A stretch of 64,000 nucleotides of DNA, from positions 8,410 through 72,409 of the forward strand of contig CAYVCD010000001.1 in assembly GCA_964450115.1 (NCBI GenBank), read 5' to 3'. How positions within the stretch are numbered: position 1 is the first letter of the stretch; every line of letters begins with the position of its first letter. The translations under genes and the position numbers were made by a program. The notes beneath the pieces were generated by a model that saw nothing but the letters and a program-made list of their open reading frames with translations, made no database searches and was not told the DNA's origin. Shown in pieces: positions 30,301 through 40,727 of the stretch. This DNA comes from an uncultured Planctomycetia bacterium. GTDB taxonomy: Bacteria; Omnitrophota; Gorgyraeia; 2-01-FULL-45-10.

Positions 30301-31135
30301 AATAGGATCAAAAATAGATACATCCACAAACGCGATAAAAACAGAGACGAGCGCGATAAAAGCTGAGACAGCCAAAATTTTAACGGCGACTGAAAGCACT
30401 ATTCCGACGCAGATCAGGGAGACGGTGGAGCCATCTCTAAGATCAGAGATCCTTAACAGGGAGAGCACGATGCGGCTCGGCAGTAAGCTTATGGTACGGT
30501 ATCGTACTTACCCGGGCCTCGAACCGGTTATTACTGTTTACGATCCGCGTAATAAGCTAAAGATCTCCCAATCCCCGATGAAAGAGGTTGCCGGTTCGTC
30601 GGGTATATATGAGCATGAGGTATTTCTTGCAAACGGGTGGACCGTGGGCGATTATACGATCGTTTGTTCAGAGTCCAGTAAGGGGACGATGGATGCATTG
30701 ATCATATCCGCGATAAGGACCGATCTTGAGGATATATCGGGGCAGGTATCCAGCATACTTGGCACGACCACGAGCCTAGCCAACCTTAAAGATGTCGCCG
30801 ATACGTTGAACAGCCAGTTCAGCATCATCGAATCGGCGCTTGGCAAGATAAGCACCGACCTCGTGAATAAGGTCAAAGAGGTTGCCTCAAGCGCCACCGA
30901 TATAGAATCCGTATATGGACAGCTCGTCAAGATAGGCAAGGAGCTGAAGACTCTCGGAGCCAGTCAGGATGTGAACCTGAGTAAGCTGCTAGAGGTCTCT
31001 AAAGAGAAGAGCCAGGATATGAAGTACCTGAAGAATAAGACGCAGCAGCTGAAGGCCGCTATGGAATTGAATAACAAGATGGTCGAGAACATGGCTCACA
31101 AGCCTGTAACCCAGACATGGTTCGAATATAAATAA
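18383..31135 (+). CDS. Giant (4250 aa) exported surface protein/adhesin: Kelch-like propellers, DUF2341-like, LamG, tandem Ig-like repeats, C-terminal coiled coil
   Basis: N-terminal hydrophobic signal; many Y...G...F.RYD....W..L blades; DIRF..G...YF; WHNIVW..LY.DG...G..DNL.FYN.A; PNGGE.W...ITW repeats. Confidence 0.85.
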   Translation: MIYMKSLKGNAIVSGCFKLAFIAFLMTGLWTSTTASNPDYYEWTQNNWNSSANPAAQGSHPGSQTGWTNYFSKDTPLGIDTSSGKVKLATLPYTITNTTPTDFNSTEFQNIEKVSDGNGALRLLPTINDPFANNELRKWRALPSTPYFNANTRFTRMGDYIYSIFVSGDGKQFGRIKVSDISDPAILPKWQFLTSLPVPLGAGAAITNDGQYIFVLRGGGSNAAYFYLPPEGTNPGTNPFTTADNPITLPVAGSEDPVLAWPKFSSLSEGAQKGSSVIHVGTIADRFAKVADRGQLYAVSGGNRTGFFYYDTFNKEWRRFTNPSRAAVNVGATLIHRGGDSVYLVFGDGYNGRIDRFSRSSGTWSNASSNTFFPKDPNLISFPTLWEGSVCSYPGSGDYVYAAFCYYTYMQPYRSGANHTLRGFFRFGPLSDPNPTWQRLDDAPAWIETTASIIYDPGAGTGAEGNKLHLFSGRNYTRPWVYKTDNPDPSQNHWETMSMPLTYTTNSSMVYVKADTYTGNKDYMYMVVRNTWFLRYDVAANKWDLLAYLPETAGDHPGNRLTYLNGYIYYLAGNNSADPLDGYKSGFYRYRVSQTLNGSDSWDPKTVLPQFPRVDLNTSDAIFNNVNAGSGIIGISQGGRNFIYGIRSSSSSYFYAMEIGADNAPVGGWITMPSTRDKYNNLTTFNTTNLVYPGYPEDGGQHTYIYAITYFNTVSVRSGYCIYKYGPIEHDTDTDPSTAAQWTELSATYPHDVTTGHNMSIAYPGTGQYLYTTTGTSDTSLGRYNMPTGEWTKLDTVVPVAYEYYSHAVGGNNSVYLTTYYSQNSFYRYDVTSGRWDDLPMDQGGFYFEAGNAVKDSNNNVYFVGGRSGDNISSHLWIYSTSLKKWVGLMRAPFHLSRGTKAEYLSGKDNSINSIYVTEGRQSNRFCKYNITNDAWSFCKPIKTAVTTGSQITTDGISKIYFVAGGDAIGKTVWIYNALQDDGQADPWGEFRESLKLPFASTVTADLMEYAQGNLYLVAQNSNTFYKYQVDGQLSGWDSTSLRPVGDSGSGSTIVPSGGICLYYPGAGSKLYCIPRDGFSDFLSYDIGTDLWSPLKEMPWIPSAGVSAIIDAGESWVYTYNSAWRDILIRYDKTDNIWDAIPSMPAALKGNSALCAYKGYVYILNGGAGDGSFSRYNTEGEVWEQLQSPYSANSSFTFPNQGIFALPVENPYDGKAYIYFTEGYGLSRFFRYSINDNTWQTVTAPPGGTTWKYGNSMTQVGNYLYIVDGNGTNFWKYRLDDFYDMSFSVPLPESVGRGASVAYSSYDGRVYFFSGARFSYFYKWLPGATGWTPLASCPVSVNDSQSNLLYPGFGKYLYYIQGSSYGYSDPSSVFLRYSMDPTTPASDRWTELTPSSFGIYVPGTLLYAGGQNFYVAKGYDSVFLSKYSAFCFGDYVSKPIEVGRHCKWGTISWDSIGSGSVGVSARTGSKLLNANLTDALDWGQVTSVGNGQNLSDPSRPLSSIKDTDKYIQYRVDFSTDETGVGVIMPRLDEIRINWEKYASEKTLVSSPYNTGWDKNRLRKLMWNNAGALMNPTGSEIRFQLRTSANGSAWSDWLGPLGTRMSTYALSDDSLYVRSGDIKQLNASDSCASLYYELENFNFWQDVAISNNGPSSIAAGQVALIDINSSATHFWNNVASSGQDIRFFDGTNKMSYFLAKFDNQSDIAQIAVKLNSAIAPGATMHVYMFYGNARAFSESNDIIRNLTAIKTDPSISNIGWWDCDQRMVASSAYYTPDSSGMGTRLYMRKNIVVKSGEGVSGGNAFYMDGASGYMTTYRVSSSFSYKGLDRTFSLWIKPEVDPSGSCLLSSYPINGYNYRIQLNSAREMTIYISNSTPGTAFKDFSVKANAKIPADSSWHNIVWVLKGKNGAITGAVNNGAGKVRYTTSSPHSLTPFTPISVFAMGEPTYNTLQTITSVPDATHFDTAIDYVANADVTGTYCAGGTTSLYLDGTLVGGPFTHYITDWSYVDTSFPSGTNYIFGSYTDYDNSDRSWLYKGYVDNLSFYNYAFDETLAKCMYAGANRNLATVFSGGYTDNTGANLKNTGKFYTTNPTIEPIYGVFYNYGDGDTLASFVQDPSVNALGTSIKYQVSPDGYNWYWWDSTAPAGGAWVIASGGTSQANVYTEINANLSTFRNINLPTGVSAASGDFYWRAYLMSTDGGTSNPQLRNVTINVTNGASSYYTDPAGLKNINIENENCVADRWIQYKAILYSDGENTPTLNDVVLRYIEPYITIGSPSGGETWVAATTENITWTSHGLEATKAAPATHGVQLKYSIDNGVSWVSPAITNDAPNSNTLPWNIPFDPSPQARVSIASSDYPVITATSPGSFRILGIILNLPNGGEIWERGSLHSIEYRTSGYGSPSTKLKLQLSNDGGLSYNTTLAQEQTDAPPWQIPWRINQSASDNIKLRIYDANPVFCTPSIRIVDESNSLFSIVEPPKIIIDRVMKVPEEEVIDGKMIAGKRYRIEWHTTSQHFAENFILEYSKDNFATPGISIGTAASGVSGGVFPAPASQLQCNYVWLVIPYDIADIKLKIREDPATVPSQRDTPAPQEATIALSIIEPYFTIVRPNAGEIFVSGDKEKITWTTTGSVTGPFKLEYCTDYNEVDPGASSWMTIETNTAYPYLPGSIPPDVREYIWPVPIVTQDKENCRIRITDISTNTITDMSDVSFKIISHEKIAITTPDGGEEWVMGVPYNITWGANGQSVLSKQSPVYVYLYYSTDDGKTYNEIPEIGPQVAWKESCEWTPELPVSTTKAKIKIEALDLNAHPYLVDASEGVFSIKDPSISRIWLEHDGTEVASAYATGNYDIRWESYGAVSNNIKIEYRLNGAAWQTLTASTTTQEGSARLKPWEIPKSDGALLEFKMTDNNRASVVKISDVFSITKPVINITAPAADFPWVVGLSGTVSWTTQGGDFQAIKRLKVQCIADATHTYDIGEITTGLEANAGSFDWTLPANAPLSTAVNKATIKIFDPDPSGSGVTATLQFNIKEPSLIVDVPTQADSWRIGSQNKTISWHRLGMVTYPIHIYCRTQDGAEHLLADIGDTNVSASWNWTSVDFPGIIPGTSYIVIRDSTVPVPIVTKFDTERNGLFTIEAPRIKILGPGDPKKIDNSTDNPNYGQQWTTTDSRGVEWECDGMMDGPLFKVEWSRSVGETVAASGTIAEGINSESRLALWSDIPQEAVGPNVRLKITNTGSAYGTFAQSAPFTVFPVPEFLTLTALDPVTDASTNTVRIGNTYKVKWTRNVAAFSNALELSFALTGSPAMSDWRPITETPVARDLEYYTWTIPHTDMMPYAGAKLRIYDTASWKSSSAAHTEKIVSVDIGRPVFNNIKLLKPGSAQAVNCIALAEVADIRWGWDGYISEDNNSVSIKLIEDLNDNGKIDINEYSAQIGTSSNTGSYNGWIVPVNAPATNKARIVLQDIFANYGLGNEVIDASEKFTIINQPEITLVTPNGGQDYIIGTDKISFEWTSRGISVDEVKIELSSDDFNPASTPYLVTDAAHPDGKFPNTGELRDWLIQQDSAAGSHVKARISMVGRESEIFDVSNNSFRIRSGFIVKTPALNEKWATNEIKDITWDTKGAIQKVSLFYSIDNGMNFNPIPGAKNIDNTGSFSWRVPNERTDINVTKAQIMVKDAGDTEGIIQNKSEPFDIIWYKIKFYIIDKDTYSPIGNLIVRSKDDTALYYPGWNVPIDLVSAQENDYLSSPISYEFPAGTFVVTWSTRPDASGKSPYFDRGVEVKSNVENSRKGILVELESVISAQIEWHVILTNSYVAQSDTLSATAWIERRGKLQEPIPMDTSEPPDGIPDTLDKSNFKSCELKVYDYDTDTNTPLKVFTDVLPDDKGLYKFVWNPTGLQEGKTYFVRATITYGVSSTPYTSGGTFDISVTKAQSQMITEHAEQKTLLETITGQAAVIQTAVTTTIPQKIDEATSIIGSKIDTSTNAIKTETSAIKAETAKILTATESTIPTQIRETVEPSLRSEILNRESTMRLGSKLMVRYRTYPGLEPVITVYDPRNKLKISQSPMKEVAGSSGIYEHEVFLANGWTVGDYTIVCSESSKGTMDALIISAIRTDLEDISGQVSSILGTTTSLANLKDVADTLNSQFSIIESALGKISTDLVNKVKEVASSATDIESVYGQLVKIGKELKTLGASQDVNLSKLLEVSKEKSQDMKYLKNKTQQLKAAMELNNKMVENMAHKPVTQTWFEYK

Positions 31136-31154
31136 TTTTTGGAAAGGGAGTGAT

Positions 31155-31949
31155 ATGAGGAAGATATTCTGTCTCGCTATTTTTATGATAGCATTATCGA
31201 TCTTTGTTTCCAATTCCTATGCCGGAATAGTCCTGAAAGTCCTTGCCGCAAATCCATCTAAAACGGAAAAACAATCGGTCATTGTGAAAGCGTACTTGCC
31301 TAAAGAGGTGAAGCCCGAAGATGTTGTGGATAAGGGTGACCTCGAGATAGCGTATGACAATCAGCAGGGTTCTTACTATGTATATGGAGAATATAGCCTC
31401 GACCCGGGCCAGAGCATAGACCGAGATGTGGAGATGCACGATATATGGCAGGTGCCCGCCACAGAGATGGAGTCGATAAGGGCCGAAGCCGAAAAGACCT
31501 CAAAGTTACTGGAGAATACCGATTTCCGGGATAGGATGAGTTTCCTGAAGCAGAGTATAGACGCCAAATTGAAAGAGATAGAGGGTAGGCAGAGTATTCC
31601 GGCGGTGAACCCTGAGCGCCATATATCTAACTACCGCGATAACGTGAAGCTGTTAGAATCGGTGAAATCCGATCTTGTAGTATTAAGGAGCCTGCTGGCC
31701 CAGGCAAAAGGATTGCCGGCGACCGCGGTATGGCGCCTCATATTGATAATAATCAGTTTTCTCGGGGTTATCGGCGCGGGCTCATATATCATATGGCAGA
31801 GGCAGATGAAGCTGGTGGAGATACCGGCGGCAAAAGCCTTAAAGAAGGAAGAAGACGATAAGCAGGATGCTAGCAAAAAGGTCGAGTCCAAAGATGATGA
31901 TCTCGAAGCGGCGGAAAACATAGAGAAGCTGCTGCGAGGGGATAAATAG
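31155..31949 (+). CDS. Exported protein with C-terminal membrane anchor, unknown function
   Basis: Signal peptide (SYA-G), helical region, TM WRLILIIISFLGVIGAGSYIIW; GGGAG RBS. Confidence 0.75.
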   Translation: MRKIFCLAIFMIALSIFVSNSYAGIVLKVLAANPSKTEKQSVIVKAYLPKEVKPEDVVDKGDLEIAYDNQQGSYYVYGEYSLDPGQSIDRDVEMHDIWQVPATEMESIRAEAEKTSKLLENTDFRDRMSFLKQSIDAKLKEIEGRQSIPAVNPERHISNYRDNVKLLESVKSDLVVLRSLLAQAKGLPATAVWRLILIIISFLGVIGAGSYIIWQRQMKLVEIPAAKALKKEEDDKQDASKKVESKDDDLEAAENIEKLLRGDK

Positions 31950-32851
31950 TGAGACGATCTCTCATTCCCGAATGTTTTTATCGGGAATCCAAACAAGATA
32001 AAATTCTTGTTATAGATTCCCGCTTTCGCGGGAATGACATATTCGATCTTTTTTTTATGTTGAAATGCCGCGCAATCGCCATTGTCCTCGCAATGACGAT
32101 TTTTATTTTATACTCATCTACGGCCGCTAACGCCGCTACGCTCGAAGAGTCTTTTTGGGATTCCAAACAGAGCACCCATTTTACCGTATATTACAAGAGC
32201 ACAGAATCGAATGACTATGTGAACGAGGTTCTGCGGTACGCTGAAAAGTACTATGACAATATCACCGAGGAGCTCGGTTTCAGGCGATTTGACTTCTGGA
32301 CATGGGAGAAGGCCTGCAAGATATACCTGTATGCTACGGCAAAGGAGTATTATGACTCTACCGGCCAGCCCGAGTGGTCAGGAGCGACCGCTTACTTAAA
32401 AGAGCGCACCATAAGGACATTCATCCGCAGGGAGATGTTTCTGGATACTATATTGCCGCATGAGATGGCGCACCTCATATTCAGGGAGTTCGTGGGATAT
32501 AAAGTGCCGCTGCCTCTATGGCTGGACGAAGGCGTCTCCTCACTTATGGAGAATAATAAGAGGAAGGAGTATCTCTTTCTGGCGAAGTCGCTCGCGAAGT
32601 CTCAGATATTCATACCGCTTCCCAAGCTCACAAGGATAGTCAGGGAAGGGCTGGTGATGCCCGGAGTATTCTATGCCGAATCGGCCAGCGTTATAGAGTT
32701 CCTATTACAGAAATACGGCAGGGAAAAATTTGTTGATTATTGCAGAAGGTTAAGGGATAATAAGAACTGGGAGTTGTCTCTCAAAGAAGCGTATAAGTTC
32801 AAGGATCTTTCCGAGATGAATGATAAGTGGCTGGAGTTCCTTTTACAATAA
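31949..32851 (+). CDS. Peptidase MA-like (gluzincin) zinc metallopeptidase; start uncertain because of repeat insertion
   Basis: LPHEMAH...PLWLDEG...FY.ES.S motifs. Confidence 0.82.
   Translation: MRRSLIPECFYRESKQDKILVIDSRFRGNDIFDLFFMLKCRAIAIVLAMTIFILYSSTAANAATLEESFWDSKQSTHFTVYYKSTESNDYVNEVLRYAEKYYDNITEELGFRRFDFWTWEKACKIYLYATAKEYYDSTGQPEWSGATAYLKERTIRTFIRREMFLDTILPHEMAHLIFREFVGYKVPLPLWLDEGVSSLMENNKRKEYLFLAKSLAKSQIFIPLPKLTRIVREGLVMPGVFYAESASVIEFLLQKYGREKFVDYCRRLRDNKNWELSLKEAYKFKDLSEMNDKWLEFLLQ
31962..32097. repeat. REP/RPE-like palindrome plus a degenerate ...CCTCGCAATGAC unit in the peptidase 5' region
   Basis: tcattcccg..cgggaatcc...gattcccgctttcgcgggaatgac (31962-32038); gtcctcgcaatgac ending at 32097. 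Confidence 0.75.
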
Positions 32852-33091
32852 ATGAAAGTATATATAAATACCGTTTTTGAGGAAGTCTACTCCGGAGATG
32901 CGAAAGAGGTGGTTCTCCCCGGCGACGAGGGAGAGCTGTCTTTAATGAATTTTCACCAACCTATCGTCTGCCGCCTCGCAAAAGGTACAGTCAGGATAAT
33001 CTTACCCCAAGGCGTCAAATCGATCCCCATAACAGACGGAATAGCGCACATGGAAGGCGATACGTTAAAGATAATGGCGGAGGTGGCTTAA
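32852..33091 (+). CDS. atpC: F-type ATPase epsilon, N-terminal beta domain only
   Basis: VVLPG.EGEL.....H.P....L..G.V; no C-terminal helices (79 aa). Confidence 0.85.
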   Translation: MKVYINTVFEEVYSGDAKEVVLPGDEGELSLMNFHQPIVCRLAKGTVRIILPQGVKSIPITDGIAHMEGDTLKIMAEVA

Positions 33092-33093
33092 GA

Positions 33094-33306
33094 ATGCTGC
33101 GTAACCTTACTATCATAATAATAATGTTCCTGAGTACATTCGGGCCCGCTGTGGTCATCGCTCTCGTCGGCTCTTCGGCTGTAAAGGCGGTGGGCAGGAA
33201 CCCCTCAGCTTCCGCCAGGATACTGTCCGCTATGATAATAGCGTTCATATTCGCGGAGGCGATAGCGGTGCTGGCGATCCTCATGGTATTTAATATATTC
33301 AAGTAA
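33094..33306 (+). CDS. atpE: F-type ATPase subunit c
   Basis: Helical hairpin with GRNP loop and conserved Glu in FAEAIA. Confidence 0.9.
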   Translation: MLRNLTIIIIMFLSTFGPAVVIALVGSSAVKAVGRNPSASARILSAMIIAFIFAEAIAVLAILMVFNIFK

Positions 33307-33328
33307 CGTAAAGAAGGGGCCTTATATT

Positions 33329-34054
33329 ATGCTGTCCCAGCTTATTGCACTGCAGGTCATCACCTTTATAGCGTTGGCGCTCCTATTAAAGATGTTATTC
33401 TCCCGCCATCTTGACTCCGCCCTGAAGAGACTGAAGAAGCTCCAGAATGAGACCCTCATGCGCGAAAACCAGCTTAAAGAGGAGCTCGATAAGGCCAAGA
33501 GCGATCGTCAGGCCGAGATCGATAAGGGGAAGGCGGAGGGCAAGGCTCTGGTTGAGCAGGCAAAGAAGGAGATAGAGGCCATGAGAGGCGGCGCTGAAGA
33601 GGACGCGAAGCGCCAGGAGAAGAAGGTCTTCGCCCGTGGCCAGGAAGAGCTTGAAAAATTAAAAGTAAAACTTACGCAAGGCGTAGAGGCCGAGGCCATG
33701 CAGATCTCGATGGATCTGATAGAGCGTACCTTTACCGAAAAGGGCAAGGACCAGATGCAGAGGCAGTTCATAGATGAGCTTATAGAAGATGTCGAGAAGC
33801 TCGAAAAGAGCAAGTTCTCCGTGAAGACGAATAAAGCCAAAGTCCTGACCAGCCTTCCTCTTACGGAAAAAGAGAAGGAGCGGCTTAAGAAGACGCTATC
33901 CGCGAAAATGGGTTCTGAAGTGACGATCGCGGAAGAGAAGAAGAAGGACCTTATAATGGGGCTTATCATACAGTTGGGTGCCCTGGAGATAGACGGAAGT
34001 TTAAGCAATAAGCTACGCAAGGCCTTATCGATGATAAAAAAAGACAGGGCATAA
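33329..34054 (+). CDS. F-type ATPase b-delta fusion (peripheral stalk)
   Basis: N-terminal TM, long coiled coil, delta-like C-terminus (LT..E..RL...L...G....IDGSL). Confidence 0.8.
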   Translation: MLSQLIALQVITFIALALLLKMLFSRHLDSALKRLKKLQNETLMRENQLKEELDKAKSDRQAEIDKGKAEGKALVEQAKKEIEAMRGGAEEDAKRQEKKVFARGQEELEKLKVKLTQGVEAEAMQISMDLIERTFTEKGKDQMQRQFIDELIEDVEKLEKSKFSVKTNKAKVLTSLPLTEKEKERLKKTLSAKMGSEVTIAEEKKKDLIMGLIIQLGALEIDGSLSNKLRKALSMIKKDRA

Positions 34055-35530
34055 TGGTATCCAAAACGAATATAGCCAGCCTCGATATACGCGAAGTGGG
34101 CGTGGTTAAGGAGCTGAAGCAGGGCATCGTAAAGGTCTCCGGGCTACCCTCCTGCATATTCGGGCAGCTTGTCGAGTTCAGCCGCGGCTCTAAAGGCATG
34201 GTGATGGGCTTTAACCTCGAAGAGGTGCTTATCATAGTGCTCGGTGACGACAGTCTCATAAATATGGGCGATACCGTAACGAGCCGCTCGGAACTATTGA
34301 GCGTGCCGGTAGGAGATAATTTTGCGGGCAGAGTTGTTGACTGCCTTGCCAGGCCCATCGACGGCAGGCCCGCCATAACAGCGACCGATCATTATCCGGT
34401 ATTCCGTGAGGCGCTTGGCGTCATGGAGAGAGAGCCGATAACCGTGCCGCTTCATACCGGGACGAAGATACTAGATCTTGTTATACCTATCGGCAAGGGG
34501 CAGAGAGAGCTCATCATAGGCGACCGTCAGACCGGCAAGACGAGTATAGCTATCGATGCCATACTCAGCCAAAAGGGCAGGAATGTCGTATGTGTCTACT
34601 GTTACATAGGCGGAAGTTATTCCGCTCTTAAGAAGACGATGAATCTCCTGAACGAGAAAGGCGCGCTATCTTACACTATAATAGTATGCGCTACCGCCTC
34701 GAGCACTCCGGCCGAGCAGTATCTGGTGCCTTATACCGCGGCAAGCCTCGGCGAATATTTCATGTTCAACGGAAAAGATTCTCTTGTAGTATTCGATGAC
34801 CTTACAAAACATGCATGGGCATACAGGCAGATATCGCTTCTTATGGAGCGGCCGCCCGGCAGAGAGGCGTATCCCGGTGACATATTCTATGTGCACTCAC
34901 AGCTGATGGAACGCGCCGGCAGGCTGCGCGCAGGACTTGGAGCAGGCACTATGACATTTTTGCCGATAGTGAATACTCTGCAGGGTGATATAACCGGATA
35001 TATACAATCGAACCTCGTCTCTATGACCGATGGACAGGTCTATTTGAGCTCGAACCTATTCTTTGAAGGCTTCAAACCAGCCATAGATCTCGGGCTATCC
35101 GTTTCGCGTATCGGCAGTAAGGTCCAGTCCGGCGCAATGCGATTTGCAAGTTCGGGCCTGAGGCTGCAGTACGCGCAGTACCGCGAATTGCAAAGGCTGA
35201 CCCGGCTGAGAACGAAGCTCTCCAAGGAAGCCATGAGCGATATAAAACGCGGCGAGACTTTAAGAGAGCTTTTGATACAGGAGAACGGAAGACCGTTAAG
35301 CCTGGCCGAGGAGATAGTGCTATTCTACGCGTTCAAGAAGAAGGTGCTCGAGATATTGAAGCCGGAGCTCTTGAAGACATTTAAGAAAGAGTTCTTCTCT
35401 TTTATTTGCAATACTAATCCGACGCTAGTAGATAAGATAGAGAAGGCAGAGGAGCTGACCGATGAGATCAGGGTCTCGCTCGATAAAGCGCTGATAAACT
35501 TTTTCCAGGACAGCAAAGAGGCCAGCAAGA

Positions 35531-35547
<17 letters not shown>
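34054..35547 (+). CDS. atpA: F-type ATPase alpha subunit (divergent paralogue)
   Basis: PIGKGQRELIIGDRQTGKT, FDDLTKHA.AYRQ.SLL.ERPPGREAYPGD.FY.HS, SVSRIG. Confidence 0.95.
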
Positions 35548-39443
<3,896 letters not shown>

Positions 39444-39459
39444 CAGAACTGAAAGATTA

Positions 39460-39485
39460 GTAGGGCAGGTTTAAACCTGCCCTAC
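39460..39485. repeat. GTAG-type REP palindrome
   Basis: Perfect 26-nt palindrome gtagggcaggtttaaacctgccctac. Confidence 0.85.
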
Positions 39486-39500
39486 CGATGTGAATAACTT

Positions 39501-40727
39501 ATGCCAAACTATTACTATAAAGCGAAGCACGGCCTCGAAGAGACCCTTGAAGGTTCGATAGAGGCGGCAAATCAGGACGAGGCTCTGCAGAAACTGATAG
39601 CGAAAGGGCTCTTTCCGATCACTATAAAAGAGTCCTCTCTGAGCGCGAAGAAAGCAGCAAAAAAATTCCGTATGAAGATAGGCCCGGACAAGATAAAGTC
39701 AGGCGAGCTATTAACATTCATAAGGAAACTCGCCACTCTTACCAGGGCTAAGGTGGAGCTGCTATCGAGCCTCAAGATACTTTACGAACAGACTGAGAAC
39801 GAACGCTTTAAGGCGATCGTATTGGATCTTTACAATGCTACGAAGGAAGGGAAGCCTTTTTCGGAGAGCCTGGCCCGCTATCCCGACGTCTTCTCGTTCA
39901 TACTGGTGAATATAGTGAGGGCTGGAGAGGCGAGCGGACATCTCGATGCGAGCCTCGACCAGATAGCCGAGTTCATGCAGCGCGAGGAGGGCCTGAAGAA
40001 CAAGATCCTGGTAGCGCTGGCGTATCCCGGCCTTCTACTTATGGTGGGGGTCGTGAGCATATTCGTATTGATAAATTTCGTCATTCCAAAGCTTAAGCCT
40101 ATATTCGATTCACTCGGAGCTAAAGAGCTGCCGCTCATAACTAAAATAATATTGAATATAAGCGTCATTTCGCAAAAGAGCTGGTGGATATTTGCTATAG
40201 CGTTCGCAATTTTGGCGGTGATCATATATCAGCAGAAGGGTCTGCCGTATTTTAAAACAATGGCCGGAAAATTAAAGTCAAGCCTGCCCATAGTAAAGAA
40301 CCTTTCCGTGAACCAGGAACTGGCACATTTCTCGAGGAGCCTTGCGCTCCTTTTGACTAGCGGTGTGCCGGCATTGAGGAGCCTGGAGATCGTGACGCCC
40401 AGCATAGAGAATAAGGCTCTTAAGGAAGGGCTTAAGAAGGTCTGCCAGCAGGTTGCCGCTGGAAAGACCATCTCGAAGAGTATGGAAGAGTCGACGGGAC
40501 TGCCCACCTTCTTCACAAAGATGGTCGCCGTCGGTGAGGAGTCCGGCAGACTGTCCGAGGTCCTGACGGAACTGTCGAGGTCTTATACTCAGCAGATAGA
40601 ATCCGATATAGTTTTAGTCTCCTCGCTTATAGAGCCCGTTCTGATACTTACTCTAGGACTCGTGCTGGGCACGATTGTTCTATCGATACTTCTGCCAACA
40701 TTCCAGGTAACACAGATGGTGCGTTGA
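39501..40727 (+). CDS. gspF: T2SS inner-membrane platform protein GspF/PilC
   Basis: AGEASG.L, LAYP, VGEESG.L, LIEP, three TMs. Confidence 0.93.
   Translation: MPNYYYKAKHGLEETLEGSIEAANQDEALQKLIAKGLFPITIKESSLSAKKAAKKFRMKIGPDKIKSGELLTFIRKLATLTRAKVELLSSLKILYEQTENERFKAIVLDLYNATKEGKPFSESLARYPDVFSFILVNIVRAGEASGHLDASLDQIAEFMQREEGLKNKILVALAYPGLLLMVGVVSIFVLINFVIPKLKPIFDSLGAKELPLITKIILNISVISQKSWWIFAIAFAILAVIIYQQKGLPYFKTMAGKLKSSLPIVKNLSVNQELAHFSRSLALLLTSGVPALRSLEIVTPSIENKALKEGLKKVCQQVAAGKTISKSMEESTGLPTFFTKMVAVGEESGRLSEVLTELSRSYTQQIESDIVLVSSLIEPVLILTLGLVLGTIVLSILLPTFQVTQMVR

Noticed and set aside
31155-31949. Candidate divergent subunit a
   Set aside because: It has only a signal peptide and one TM; subunit a is polytopic with a conserved Arg helix.
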